The notes: generated by a model not told the origin, from the sequence alone. Counted from the stretch's first letter, positions 51,384 through 61,328 are shown. The stretch: 64,000 bases of DNA from Nitrospira sp. Ga0074138 (GCA_001464735.1 LNDU01000029.1:5573-69572), one strand, 5' to 3'. Numbers and translations are program-made.

Positions 51384-51699
51384 TCCACAAGGGTATGCGG
51401 GCGATTCACCCAGGAGAATTCTACTGGAAGAGTTCATGAAGCCGTCAGACCCGCCGATTAATGCCAATACTCTCGCCAAAGCCCTCGAAGTTCCGGCGAA
51501 TCGGATCACGGCCATCATCAAAGGGCAGCATGGCATCACGGGAGATACGGCGGTGAGGTTGGCGACCTTCTTCAATACAACTGCTGAATTCTGGATGAAT
51601 CTCCAGAAGACCTATGAGCTGCGGCTTGCCGAACAAGCATTGCCGGTGAGGGTCAGGAAGCATATCGAGCAACGCAGAGAAGCACTCGCGACTGCCTGA
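51380..51699 (+). pseudogene. higA: HigA addiction-module antidote with a -1 frameshift near its start
   Basis: MIHKGMRAIHPGE in one frame, then ILLEEFMKP...ALEVPANRIT...TAEFWMNLQKTYEL in another (GGAGAATT instead of GGAGAAATT). Confidence 0.75.
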
Positions 51700-51780
51700 T
51701 AAGGGGATACTCCGTTTCTGACCCGCCGCCATTTTCGCCCTACCAATTATCGTCTGTGTCATAGAATCCCTGTGAAGGAA

Positions 51781-51808
51781 GGAAGCTCCCGGAGGGCCGG
51801 AAGCTTCC
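51781..51808. terminator. Module hairpin downstream of the 81-aa gene (copy A)
   Basis: GGAAGCT-CCCGGAGGGCCGGA-AGCTTCC; related to 54884-54913 and 42829-42860. Confidence 0.6.
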
Positions 51809-51820
51809 CAATGAAGCGGC

Positions 51821-52066
51821 TCAACGCTTCAAGGCATGAGTGGCGATCCACTCTTTGGCCTCGAACGCCACATTCATCAGCGCCTCCAGATCGTTGACAC
51901 CGAACGAGGTACCGTTACGCCAGGCACCGGACTGATCCTTGAATGGGCGAAAAAAGGTGGGTGTGAAGAACGGGCGCTTCTCGCTGACATTCTCCCAGAT
52001 CGTCGCCTTGATGTTGCCAGATCGCAGAGTGGTGGCCGGTCGTTTGGATTGTACTGCTCGGTTCAT
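51821..52066 (-). CDS. 81-aa putative ssDNA-binding (PC4/YdbC-like) protein, copy A
   Basis: MNRAVQSKRPATTLRSGNIKATIWEN...FKDQSGAWRNGTSFGVNDLEAL; near-identical to copies C and D. The fold call is an inference. Confidence 0.65.
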   Translation of the reverse strand: MNRAVQSKRPATTLRSGNIKATIWENVSEKRPFFTPTFFRPFKDQSGAWRNGTSFGVNDLEALMNVAFEAKEWIATHALKR

Positions 52067-52075
52067 GCCCTCTTT

Positions 52076-52203
52076 TAGGGGTTTTACCAGTACCGGACCG
52101 ACACATAAACGCGATAGCATGCACACAGAACAGGGCAGTGGAAATATTTTGGGAGGGTAGCGGAAACGCTATCAGGAACAGAATATAAAAATTGCACTGT
52201 TCG
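52076..52203. repeat. Direct repeat of the copy-A upstream region (partner at 53296-53400)
   Basis: TAGGGGTTTT.CCAGTACCGG...GCGGAAACGCTA.CAGGAAC...TATAAAAATTGCACTGTTCG is present at both places. Confidence 0.8.
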
Positions 52204-52505
52204 ACGAAGCTCCGTCCTTGAAAAAGGGCGGGGCTTTCTTTTTGACGTTCCCCCGCCGAGTGAACCGCTTTCCTCTTGAAAATAGCTGTTTCACAAGCCT
52301 ATCGAACCGCGCCGATGAAGAAAGCAGCACGTATCGCCGTTTTAGGAGAGGTGCGAAGCGTCAGCACGCCTCACCGCAGCAACGACGTCTGCTTAGGTGG
52401 TGATGGGAAGAGGTGCCTCTTGTGCGATAGCAGAATCTAATTGGTCTACCGCCATTCGCTATCATCCGGAAGGCTGGGTTCCCCGCTGAGAACCAGAGCC
52501 GTAAG

Positions 52506-52646
52506 TTATCTGGAGCAGCCGCCCGGATGTTTGCAGAGACAAGCATTTCCCTGTTTGTCGGCGGTGCGGCATTCGTCCGAGCAGAATTCTTGTCCCGCTG
52601 GAGCGGAACATTTACACCGAGGATGCGCGCATTTATTCTCAGCCAT
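52506..52646 (-). CDS. Bacterial metallothionein
   Basis: MAENKCAHPRCKCSAPAGQEFCSDECRTADKQGNACLCKHPGGCSR: 8 Cys and 2 His in a CAH.xCxC...CSxxC...CxC.H..C pattern. Confidence 0.8.
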   Translation of the reverse strand: MAENKCAHPRCKCSAPAGQEFCSDECRTADKQGNACLCKHPGGCSR

Positions 52647-52717
52647 GATTCCCTCTCGAAGCGAGCTACTGTGAGTACGCGTCCGTACCGTGCACACGCT
52701 CTTCCCCTCCTCAGGAC

Positions 52718-53029
52718 TCAATTATCCCGCTGCAACGTCGTCGTATGGCCATTGTCGGTCACATAGGCTTTGACCATATCGCCCGCCACTACCTTATCCA
52801 GTTTGGTGCTCTTATCGACATGGATCCTATGCTGCTTCCCGTCGTTATCTTTTATCGAGTAGAACTCTCCCTCGATACTCATCAATGTCCCTTTGATCGT
52901 ATCTTTGGTCAGACGCTCTTTGATGGTGGGACTGGCTTCTTTCTCAGTCATCGCATCCGCTGCATAGGTCACACCGATTCCGAAACTTAATAGTCCCGCT
53001 ACAAGCATTGAAATTAATCCTGTTTTCAT
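52718..53029 (-). CDS. Small secreted OB-fold-like protein
   Basis: Signal peptide ending TYA; IKGTLMSIEG...VAGDMVKAYV; AGGAGG RBS. Confidence 0.65.
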   Translation of the reverse strand: MKTGLISMLVAGLLSFGIGVTYAADAMTEKEASPTIKERLTKDTIKGTLMSIEGEFYSIKDNDGKQHRIHVDKSTKLDKVVAGDMVKAYVTDNGHTTTLQRDN

Positions 53030-53288
53030 AAGGGCCTCCTTGGTTGCTGTCATCGTCGCATGGAACCACCGAATCGTGAACCGGGAAAAACCCTGGAGAG
53101 GCGCAGGCAAGCTTATTTCGTGCGGAGTCGGCTTCACGTCGGAGAAGGCAAAAGTTGAGGAACTCTTCCAGAGAGCAAGGGACGGCAGCCGCTGAGTGAT
53201 AATGTAGACACCGCGCCCGCGCCGTGCCGGTCGGAGGGCACCGTCGCTTACGCTTCAGAGCTTCCGCGACCCTGCCGAAGCTTCTGTT

Positions 53289-53400
53289 CATGTCCTAGGG
53301 GTTTTGCCAGTACCGGCTCGACATATAACGCGATAACTTGCAAACAGGATAGGGCAGCGGAAACGCTACCAGGAACGATATATAAAAATTGCACTGTTCG
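53289..53400. repeat. Module relic B: upstream region plus start codon (ATG AAC AGA) without the gene body
   Basis: Duplicate of 52064-52203. Confidence 0.75.
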
Positions 53401-53837
53401 CCAAGGAGATGAGACCATGCCTGGACCAGCAAACATCATCACCTACGTTATTCTGGGCGGGTTCGCCCTGGCTCTCATTGTGTGGGCGATGATGAATACG
53501 GGATATACACCGCCGGGTCAGTGAAAATCTTCTAAGCTCCAAGACCCGTCTGCTTCCAACTGCCGAGCTTGCCTGTTTCATAAGTGGTAAGTTATGCCAC
53601 GTCACCGTACCCTATTGTCATCCATTCCCGGCCTGGTTTCGTACGCGCTTGGTATTCTTAAGCAGATCGACGAGGCTGGATTCTAAGAGTCCCCCCGACC
53701 ACCTACCGCAGGACACTCAGCAAGAGCAATCAGCCGCAAATAGTGAGGATTCGTGATGCCAGTAGGTCATCATGGATCATGGTGTCAGGGTGTTTTGGCA
53801 CCAAGTCGGCACCAAACCATCGTCCACAATCCCCGAA

Positions 53838-54437
53838 TTAGGTATCCCACATTCTCTGTCGTGCCTCACTGACCAGATGGTTGGCCTGGGCTTGAACCGT
53901 CTGCATGCTGCCTTCTACGACGGTGAGCGATTGTTTGCACATCACTCGGTCGTTCGGTCTGATACCACTCCACCTTTGCGACTTCCTATGAGGGGGGCTC
54001 CTCCGAAGTTGATCGCGAAAATTTGTCGCCCATTTCATGCGGTCTTCGAGAGAAGCACGCAATCGGTACAGCGCCAACAGGCCTTCAACAATACTGATGA
54101 TTTTCGAGGTCGTCGTGGTTCCGTGAAGAAAACCCAGGGCGCCATGTTCTATGGCTTGCCGCACGTCAGCTACCTCCTTTCGCTCTGTCGTGACAATAAA
54201 GGGCGAGCAAGGATGGTAAAGCCGATTGAGACGGAGCAAGGAATAGCCATCGAGTGACGCAATGCGCTGAGGACAGATGACGACGTGGTAGGAGTTCAAA
54301 CGAATAGACTTCACGGCTTCTTTCAACGAAGAACAGCTATCCACCATAGCGGCTGGAAGGCATCGCTGGATTATCGCGCAGAGCGCCGGAGCAGGTTCAA
54401 TGAGCAGGATTGAGGATGACGGGGCGCAAACAGGCAT
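53838..54437 (-). CDS. Atypical receiver-domain protein
   Basis: ILLIEPAP...YHVVICP...PFIVTT...GALGFL, a REC-like fold lacking the canonical Asp residues. Confidence 0.55.
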   Translation of the reverse strand: MPVCAPSSSILLIEPAPALCAIIQRCLPAAMVDSCSSLKEAVKSIRLNSYHVVICPQRIASLDGYSLLRLNRLYHPCSPFIVTTERKEVADVRQAIEHGALGFLHGTTTTSKIISIVEGLLALYRLRASLEDRMKWATNFRDQLRRSPPHRKSQRWSGIRPNDRVMCKQSLTVVEGSMQTVQAQANHLVSEARQRMWDT

Positions 54438-54715
54438 AGAGGCCTCCTTGTCTCAGAGGGGCGGGCAAGGCCATCCATGAGACCGCAGGCAGCTGCACGA
54501 GGTGACTAGATTAATTGTCCGCCTTGGCGGAGGTATATGCAATGGGGAATACCCTAGTCAGCTCAATACAGAGCGGCGCCCGTTGATTGTGTATAGGCGG
54601 GGACAGAGAGGCATTCCCAAGATATTGACCTGCGATTGCCGAGTTCCCATAATCTCTTGAAACAACATTGCCCTAGATGGTCCTACTCCCTATGGCTCCC
54701 GAGTAGTAGGCATCT

Positions 54716-54832
54716 ATGACCACCGAAGATGATGCGGCAAGAAACTTCTACGCGTATTGTGATTTCCTTCCTTCGCCAAGCGACCCATTGCATCTTTTCA
54801 TGCTCCTGAAAGATGCTCGCAAGATTGTCTCC
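54716..54832 (+). pseudogene. C-terminal fragment of a GNAT-type toxin
   Basis: EDDAARNFYAYCDFLPSPSDPLHLFMLLKDARK resembles the C-terminus of AtaT/TacT-like toxins. Confidence 0.6.
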
Positions 54833-54924
54833 TGCGCTTCCTCATCACCCGACACCCACAATCGGAAGCACGAGAGTCGGGGAGAGAAGCCCCCGGAGGG
54901 CCGGAGGCTTCCCATAGGAACCGC

Positions 54925-55170
54925 TCAGCGCTTCAGTGTGTGAGCGGTCATCCACTCCTTCGCTTCAAACGCGACATTCATGAGCGCCTCCAGGTCGTTG
55001 AGACCGAATGAAGTGCCATTGCGCCAGGAACCGGTCTGATCCTTGAACGGCCGTGAAAAGGTCGTCGCGAAGAACGGTCCTTTCCCGCTCACATTCTGCC
55101 AGATCGTCGCTTTGATGTTCCCACATCGCAGCGTCGTTGCCGGTCGCTTGGATTGTTGGTTGGTCGCCAT
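54925..55170 (-). CDS. 81-aa putative ssDNA-binding protein, copy C
   Basis: MATNQQSKRPATTLRCGNIKATIWQN...; AGGAGG RBS; downstream hairpin at 54884-54913. Confidence 0.7.
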   Translation of the reverse strand: MATNQQSKRPATTLRCGNIKATIWQNVSGKGPFFATTFSRPFKDQTGSWRNGTSFGLNDLEALMNVAFEAKEWMTAHTLKR

Positions 55171-55371
55171 GGTGTTTCCTCCTTGTGTTGAACTGTAGGT
55201 GACTCTCTCACGGGAGGAGGAGAGGCACCGCACAGGTCACGGAGGAAACAGGAGGCAGAGGCCGGAACCGGCGGGCCGGAGAGGGACACGCAGCGGGAGT
55301 GACAGAACACTGGCGCGAGCGAGGCGCCTCGAAGGTGTAAGCCGGTCGGCCATCGCCGCTGGCGACCAGAA
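55021..55371. repeat. ~350-bp direct repeat (partner at 61179-61528) flanking the S8 protease gene
   Basis: Gene 5' half plus about 200 bp of upstream sequence align between the two sites up to GGCGACCAGAA. Confidence 0.9.
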
Positions 55372-55530
55372 ACAGCCGAAGTCCGAAAAAAGGAGTGGGG
55401 TCAAATAAACTTCGGGGCAGATCTTGTTTGGTACATCACAAACGTTGAGCTGTCCGTCCGATACAGATTGCCTTACCGAGTATGCCGCGTATGACTACCA
55501 CGGAGTGACATACTACACGGTAATTGCTGT

Positions 55531-58500
55531 TCACCGCGCTCTGGCGTCACGCTGTGCAGCAGTAAGCACCTGCACGAGCGCCGGAATATCAGAACGCCTG
55601 ACTGTGGACGGATCTCGCGATATCAGCTGTACGACCTCGCTCAAGCCCGCTTGCTTGACCTCGGTCGTCAGGTACTGACCTACAGAGTCGTCCTGCAGCG
55701 CTTGAATGAGCGCGATGCGCGCTGCGCCAGTCGGGTCGCCGCTACCTGTCAGTGTATTCAAAGCGTGCTCCATCTGCTCAGCCCGACGTTGCGAAGCTCC
55801 TCCGGACTCGATCACCCGAAACTGCGCACCGTCCGACGCCAGACCCCACCCTTCCGTTCCTTGCACCAGAACATCGTAGACGCCGGACTCCAGGCCGCGA
55901 GGCACAACAATGTCGACCGTACAGCTACGCCGATCCGTTCTCGTAACTTGGGCCTGTTTGAGTATACCGTTTCTCGCAAGCGCGACACCTCTGATATCCC
56001 CGCTGACGAGTGCGCAGTCACCTAACTGCAAAGTCGTGCGGGTTGTCTGGGTAGCGGTTCCCGATCCAACGGTGATCTGGACGACAGGCGGCACATCGAG
56101 TGCAATGGTCTGTCGTGGAAACACCACACTAAACGCCGTGACCTGAATTGTGGCGCTCGTACGTCCGGGATCAGCCCGGAACGTCTGTATGTAGCTGCCA
56201 TTGAGCTGGTCTTCGAGCACCCCGCCCGGAGTCAGTCCAGAAACCTGCACGCTGATCTGATCGGTCAAGCCCGGCCCCATATATCCGCCGGATTGATCGC
56301 GTGGCGTGAATACAAGCCTGATACCTCGTCCTCCGCCCGTCATGACCCGAATTGGTGTTGTCCGTTCATCGACCTTGGGCGGAACGTAAGCGGATGTGAC
56401 GGATTCCCTCGTGAAGAGATCACAATCCTCGGTGGTACCTTCTGTCCGGGCGGTCAATACATAATGCCCTGGGAACCGAGTTGACGGGAATATGCCGGCA
56501 TACGTTCCCAGCACCGTGGTTTCCGGAATCGCAACTCCAGGGAATGTCACCCTGGCAATCGGATCCTTATTCAATCGGCGCGTGAGTGCCATGGTCATGC
56601 GTTGTACTTGCGAGATCGGCTCGCCCGCGACCGTAGCGGGAGTCGCGTTGATTTCAGACTGCGTGATGCCGGCTGACGCCAGGACGTTGCCAAGGCTCGC
56701 GATGGGTGCATCCACTTTCGCGATCACGTTGGCACCACTGATCGGCCCGCTGGCCCCTCGTACCTGTGTCCGTACCCGGATGGGTTCGCCGAGATCGAAG
56801 ATGCCATCGGCAGATGGCTCGATAGTCGTGGCTTCAAGAATCTCGGATTCCGTGATGGCCGTCGCAGCAAAACGGATCGGAACCCCTGTCGGATTTTTGA
56901 CCCGCATCGTCCATTTGCCTGCATGCAGCTGATTGGCGCCGACGCGCAGGGGCAGGCTCACCTGGATGACCGTATAAGCTGGAGCACTGATCCGTGTAAT
57001 CGCGTCGCCAAACTGGCCGAGGTTACCATTGTGCAAGACCACCCCTTCAGGTGAGATCAGTTCTAGTGTGGGATCGAATGCCGGATTATCCCAGGTAAGA
57101 ACGAATGTGACGGTCCGGTCCGGTCCAGAGACATTGATGGGAACCTCTCTGACCTGCGAAGGAGGAACAGTATCAACAGGATCAACAATCACTTCGGCAC
57201 TAATCGCATTGGCGAGCGCATTCACAAAGAACTTGTCCAGCTCGAGTGGGGATTGTGTGACATGGAAAAATCCCTGCGCTCCCACATTGCTGAGCGCTTG
57301 CAAGAGTCCAATATCGAGACCCGACAGCCCTTCGCCTCCTTCGGTCCCAAAACCGACCGAGAAGACCTTAACGTTCTCGTTGTTGAAGCGCTGTAGAAAC
57401 GAAGCTTCAGAAGGGTTTCCACCGGCCGTCCTCATGCCATCGGAGAAAAACAGCACGACTTTCCGTCTATCCGTGCTCGTCGGAATGAGATCAAGCGCTC
57501 GTTCCAACGCAGCGCGGATATTAGTGCTTCCGTTGGCCGTCATGGCCCCAACTGCTGCTTTGGCACCAGCAATGTCGCCCGCACCGAAGGACTTCACGGA
57601 ACCCGATCCATCGCTGAAGTCGGTCGACGCAGATCCCGCGAAGCTGACCTCGCCGAGGCGGTCCCCTGCGTCGCGACGGAGCATGTCGATGAAGAGGTTG
57701 GCCGAAACCTGAAGCATTTGGAGCTTCGTCTGCGTGCCTGCGGTCACGGGTACCGACGCACTCATGCTCCCGCTCCGATCCATCACCATGACCACGTCTA
57801 TAATCCGTCCCACCTGAATAGCGAGGAGATTGACGTCGTTGTGTTCGAGCACCGCGTCGCCACTATCGGCGCGAACGAGCAGAAAGACGTCCTCCGAAAT
57901 GAGATCATCGATGGTCGCTGAGGGATTCCCCAGCAGCGCCTGAGCGTCCGCCGCGGAAATGGTCACGGTGCTGGTCCGCGTGGCTTCGGCACCGCCCGCC
58001 AGTGGGGCGAAGGCAGCGGCAGTCGTATCTGTCAATGCGACGTCATTGCCGAGTGCAAAGTCGCGCGAGAGAAACACCTGGTGAGTGAAACCCACGCCGG
58101 TGTCAACACTGCTGGTGTTCGCCACCTTCCAGTTGAACGTGATCGGTGTGCCGAACGCCGCCATTGCCACCCGATCCTGACTTGAAGGCACGAGCTCTGG
58201 CAGCGCGGGATACGGGAAGCCGACCAGGGCGAAGGATTGAGCATTTTCGCGCACGTTGAATCCGATGACGCGTGCCTTCCAGTGCCCGAACTGCGTCGGA
58301 TCATTGGGGAGGTTCACGAACACCTGTTCCACATTATTCAGGTGATCCTTCCCTGTCGCCGCAACCCAGACACCGCCCGCCGCCACCGCGTTCTGCGGAA
58401 CGTAGTCGATCGAGACCGGTCCGACTGCTTGCGGTACCGTTGGACATCCCGGAGGAGCCGTCCCTTGCGCACAGACGTACTGCCAGGTAAATGATGGGTT

Positions 58501-61038
58501 GGTGATCGGCGCAATCGAGGCCTGGACTTGAATCGCCGTGCCAGGCGGCTGGGCATTGTCCGCCAGCGGATTACCAGCCGCATCTAGTGTTGTGTGCCCG
58601 AGCCTCCAGGGATAGAAGATCGTTCCATTCGGTGCGACGAGTTCGAGATCGAGATCATTCACCAGCATCGGGCTCGTCGCCGGATTGAGCGTCGTCGCTT
58701 CAAAGTCATCCCATGCGAGGGTGACGGTGAGTGGGCCGCCCTGATTCACGACAAAGTCATATTCTCTGACAATCCCCTGGGAAATCGAACCTTGAATCAT
58801 CTGGTTCGCCTGCGCACGACCGGAGACCGTGCGGGCGTTCGTGAGCATAGCCGCCGCCGCATTGATGTTGGCGGTCCCCCACCCGGTGGCGTAGTCGGGA
58901 CCTGCCGTGGCGGCAACTTGCCCGAGACCATCGGTGCCGTTGGCCTGATTGGAATCTCCATCCATCTCCGGGCTGTTCACGCCCCGAACGTTCGCCTGCT
59001 GCACATCTGTGGCGGTCTGGATTAACAGCGCCCGTAACAGCGCCGGCAGCGGCGGGTTGGCGTCGAGGGTGGCTCCAATCGGAGCATTGTAGGTGTTTTG
59101 CCACAGCTCAAGCAGCTGAGCGACGCCACCCGTAATCGACGGCGTGGCCATCGACGTCCCGTTGCACGATACGTAGCCGTTCGTGAGATTGGTGCCATTC
59201 GCCACGCACGAACCGTCCCCGTTGGAGCCCGTGGAAATGATACTCGTGCCCAGCGCCAGGAGATCCGGTTTGATACGTCCGTCATAGGCGGGCCCAAGGC
59301 TGCTGCCTGGCGCGAGTGCCACCGCGGCAGCCCCAGCGAGGGAACTTTGATTGCCGACCACGAGGGTATTCTTGTTCTGCTTGGTGAGGGCAAAGTAGCC
59401 TGTTTGGCCGGCGATCGTGGTGGTGGAATTGAGGGTGCCGCCATTGGCTGGCCGCTGGTTGTTCGGAAGTTGGCCGTGATTGCCTGCCGACGCGACCAGC
59501 AGTCGTGGCGGAACCACGGTTCCCCCGCTCGTCGCGCCGCCGCGTATTAAGCTGTCGATGCGGCTATTTTCGGCGTCATAGTCGCCATCGAACGACCACG
59601 ACTGTGAGCGGTTGGCAACATCTAAGGAGTTCGCTTGAATCGCCGTCAGCATGTTCCCGACGTTGTCGAGGTCACCAGACGAAATCAGTCCAGCCTGTGG
59701 CGCTGATCCTCGCCATTGAAAGGCTGTGCCGCCATTGGCCGTGCCGGCCGCGTTGGTGCCATTGCTCAGGCCACCGCTTCCTGCGATCGTGCCGGCGACA
59801 TGCGTACCGTGGCTTCCGACTCCCGCTGCCGCAATCGTGGCAGCCACAGTGAGGTCGGGATGGGCGGCAATGCCTGTGTCATGCACGCCGACGGTGATGC
59901 CCAAGCCCGACGCGCCACCATAGGTAATGGTGTTCATGTTGATGGTTGCATTTTGCAACGCGTTGGAATTGATGACGGCCCGGCTGTTGTCGTTATCCGG
60001 CATCGCCGGCGCTGGGCCAGGATCAATGGACTCCACTTCGTCATAGGCGGCTAAGGTGCGCAGGCGGCTTTCTGGAAGCGTGACCCGGCGCTGCACGTCG
60101 CTGAGGTGATCGAACGACGTGGCTTCGGCGGCTAGAATCGCTTGGATACGGGCCATACTGACATCGGCAAAAAACGTCACCGTTAGGTTCAGCGCTCCCG
60201 GACTCTGGACCACCATGTTCGTGACGACATCGAGCGGCGAGGAGACGGTGTACCGTGCGTAATTTCCAACCAGAATGTTTGGCTCGATCTTATCCTCTGG
60301 GTCCAACGGAATGACGCTGGACACTAACGCGCTCGTCGCCGGATTGAATCGGCGTTCGATCCGGGCCAGGGCGTGGCGTCCAGGGAGATGTTTCAAGAGC
60401 TTGAGCCCTTCGCGCTCAAGTTGCACATTTTCCTTGCAATTGCAGGCCTTGTTGAGCGTGACAATCCCATGCAGCTGTCCCGATGGTGCCGCAGTCAGTC
60501 GTGAAAGCAGGTCAAACTGGAGCGAAGCTGAAGGCCACAGAGCGCCAGAGCGCATGGCGAGTCGCTCTCTGCGGAATAACTCGTCGCGCGCGTCATTGAC
60601 GGGAGTCGTGATCTCAAGAAGGCCTCGGGCATCTTGACTGGCAGGGTCGCGCAGGACAACCCGCCATGAAACCCCCCGCGCCAGATCATCAGGCGACACA
60701 TCGTAGGTCAGTTGCAACGGCGAAGAGCCGGTGACGTGCGCATATGGTGCAACAGGATCAGAAAGTAAGAGCCGTCTGCGCCCTTGCAACTCCATGTGGA
60801 GTTGCGAACTCGAACCGGTCCATGTAGCGACCACCACGATCTTTCCAGTGGCCGACACATTGAACTGTGTGAACGCGACGGACTGCGAGCCTGATACCCA
60901 GAAATTGTTGGACGTGGTGACGGGCTGAGTGGGCACGACTGGAAGCAAGGGCGGCGCCGTGCTACCCGGAGTCAGCGGCGCGCAGGAAGACAGTACAACG
61001 ACAAGGAATGACATGGATAAGAGCCGAAGCCAGTTCAT
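55531..61038 (-). CDS. 1835-aa lipoprotein S8 (subtilisin-like) protease with a vWA domain
   Basis: Lipobox VVLSSC; triad VHDTG / SHGTHVAG / GTSMATP; DRSGS MIDAS and FSDG vWA motifs; GGAGGTGG RBS. Confidence 0.88.
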   Translation of the reverse strand: MNWLRLLSMSFLVVVLSSCAPLTPGSTAPPLLPVVPTQPVTTSNNFWVSGSQSVAFTQFNVSATGKIVVVATWTGSSSQLHMELQGRRRLLLSDPVAPYAHVTGSSPLQLTYDVSPDDLARGVSWRVVLRDPASQDARGLLEITTPVNDARDELFRRERLAMRSGALWPSASLQFDLLSRLTAAPSGQLHGIVTLNKACNCKENVQLEREGLKLLKHLPGRHALARIERRFNPATSALVSSVIPLDPEDKIEPNILVGNYARYTVSSPLDVVTNMVVQSPGALNLTVTFFADVSMARIQAILAAEATSFDHLSDVQRRVTLPESRLRTLAAYDEVESIDPGPAPAMPDNDNSRAVINSNALQNATINMNTITYGGASGLGITVGVHDTGIAAHPDLTVAATIAAAGVGSHGTHVAGTIAGSGGLSNGTNAAGTANGGTAFQWRGSAPQAGLISSGDLDNVGNMLTAIQANSLDVANRSQSWSFDGDYDAENSRIDSLIRGGATSGGTVVPPRLLVASAGNHGQLPNNQRPANGGTLNSTTTIAGQTGYFALTKQNKNTLVVGNQSSLAGAAAVALAPGSSLGPAYDGRIKPDLLALGTSIISTGSNGDGSCVANGTNLTNGYVSCNGTSMATPSITGGVAQLLELWQNTYNAPIGATLDANPPLPALLRALLIQTATDVQQANVRGVNSPEMDGDSNQANGTDGLGQVAATAGPDYATGWGTANINAAAAMLTNARTVSGRAQANQMIQGSISQGIVREYDFVVNQGGPLTVTLAWDDFEATTLNPATSPMLVNDLDLELVAPNGTIFYPWRLGHTTLDAAGNPLADNAQPPGTAIQVQASIAPITNPSFTWQYVCAQGTAPPGCPTVPQAVGPVSIDYVPQNAVAAGGVWVAATGKDHLNNVEQVFVNLPNDPTQFGHWKARVIGFNVRENAQSFALVGFPYPALPELVPSSQDRVAMAAFGTPITFNWKVANTSSVDTGVGFTHQVFLSRDFALGNDVALTDTTAAAFAPLAGGAEATRTSTVTISAADAQALLGNPSATIDDLISEDVFLLVRADSGDAVLEHNDVNLLAIQVGRIIDVVMVMDRSGSMSASVPVTAGTQTKLQMLQVSANLFIDMLRRDAGDRLGEVSFAGSASTDFSDGSGSVKSFGAGDIAGAKAAVGAMTANGSTNIRAALERALDLIPTSTDRRKVVLFFSDGMRTAGGNPSEASFLQRFNNENVKVFSVGFGTEGGEGLSGLDIGLLQALSNVGAQGFFHVTQSPLELDKFFVNALANAISAEVIVDPVDTVPPSQVREVPINVSGPDRTVTFVLTWDNPAFDPTLELISPEGVVLHNGNLGQFGDAITRISAPAYTVIQVSLPLRVGANQLHAGKWTMRVKNPTGVPIRFAATAITESEILEATTIEPSADGIFDLGEPIRVRTQVRGASGPISGANVIAKVDAPIASLGNVLASAGITQSEINATPATVAGEPISQVQRMTMALTRRLNKDPIARVTFPGVAIPETTVLGTYAGIFPSTRFPGHYVLTARTEGTTEDCDLFTRESVTSAYVPPKVDERTTPIRVMTGGGRGIRLVFTPRDQSGGYMGPGLTDQISVQVSGLTPGGVLEDQLNGSYIQTFRADPGRTSATIQVTAFSVVFPRQTIALDVPPVVQITVGSGTATQTTRTTLQLGDCALVSGDIRGVALARNGILKQAQVTRTDRRSCTVDIVVPRGLESGVYDVLVQGTEGWGLASDGAQFRVIESGGASQRRAEQMEHALNTLTGSGDPTGAARIALIQALQDDSVGQYLTTEVKQAGLSEVVQLISRDPSTVRRSDIPALVQVLTAAQRDARAR

Positions 61039-61144
61039 GTCCACCTCCGTTATGGCCGCCTTACTAACACAGCCATCAGGGGTGGTCAATCATAATTCTA
61101 AGTTGATTTACTTACTTAAGTATTAATCATCCTGGAACGCGTAG

Positions 61145-61173
61145 CGGTTCATCCCCACTCGTGCGGGGAACAC
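61145..61173 (-). CRISPR. Solitary type I-E CRISPR repeat (no array, no cas genes in the window)
   Basis: Minus strand GTGTTCCCCGCACGAGTGGGGATGAACCG, 29 bp, matching the canonical I-E pattern GTGTTCCCCGC-n-GCGGGGATAAACCG, with stem CCCCGC-ACGA-GTGGGG. No second repeat about 32 bp away on either side. Confidence 0.8.
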
Positions 61174-61328
61174 CCGGTGCGCCATTCACCGGACTGATCC
61201 TTGAATGGCCGCGAAAAGGTCGTGGCGAAGAACGGTCCGTTCTCGCTGACATTCTGCCAGATCGTCGCCTTGATGTTGCCACATCGCAGCGTGGTCGCCG
61301 GTCGTTTGGATGAGTGGTTGGTCGCCAT
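61149..61328 (-). pseudogene. Copy D of the 81-aa gene, truncated by the CRISPR repeat
   Basis: MATNHSSKRPATTLRCGNIKATIW...FKDQSGEWR|TGCSPHEWG*; the stop lies inside the repeat. Confidence 0.8.
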
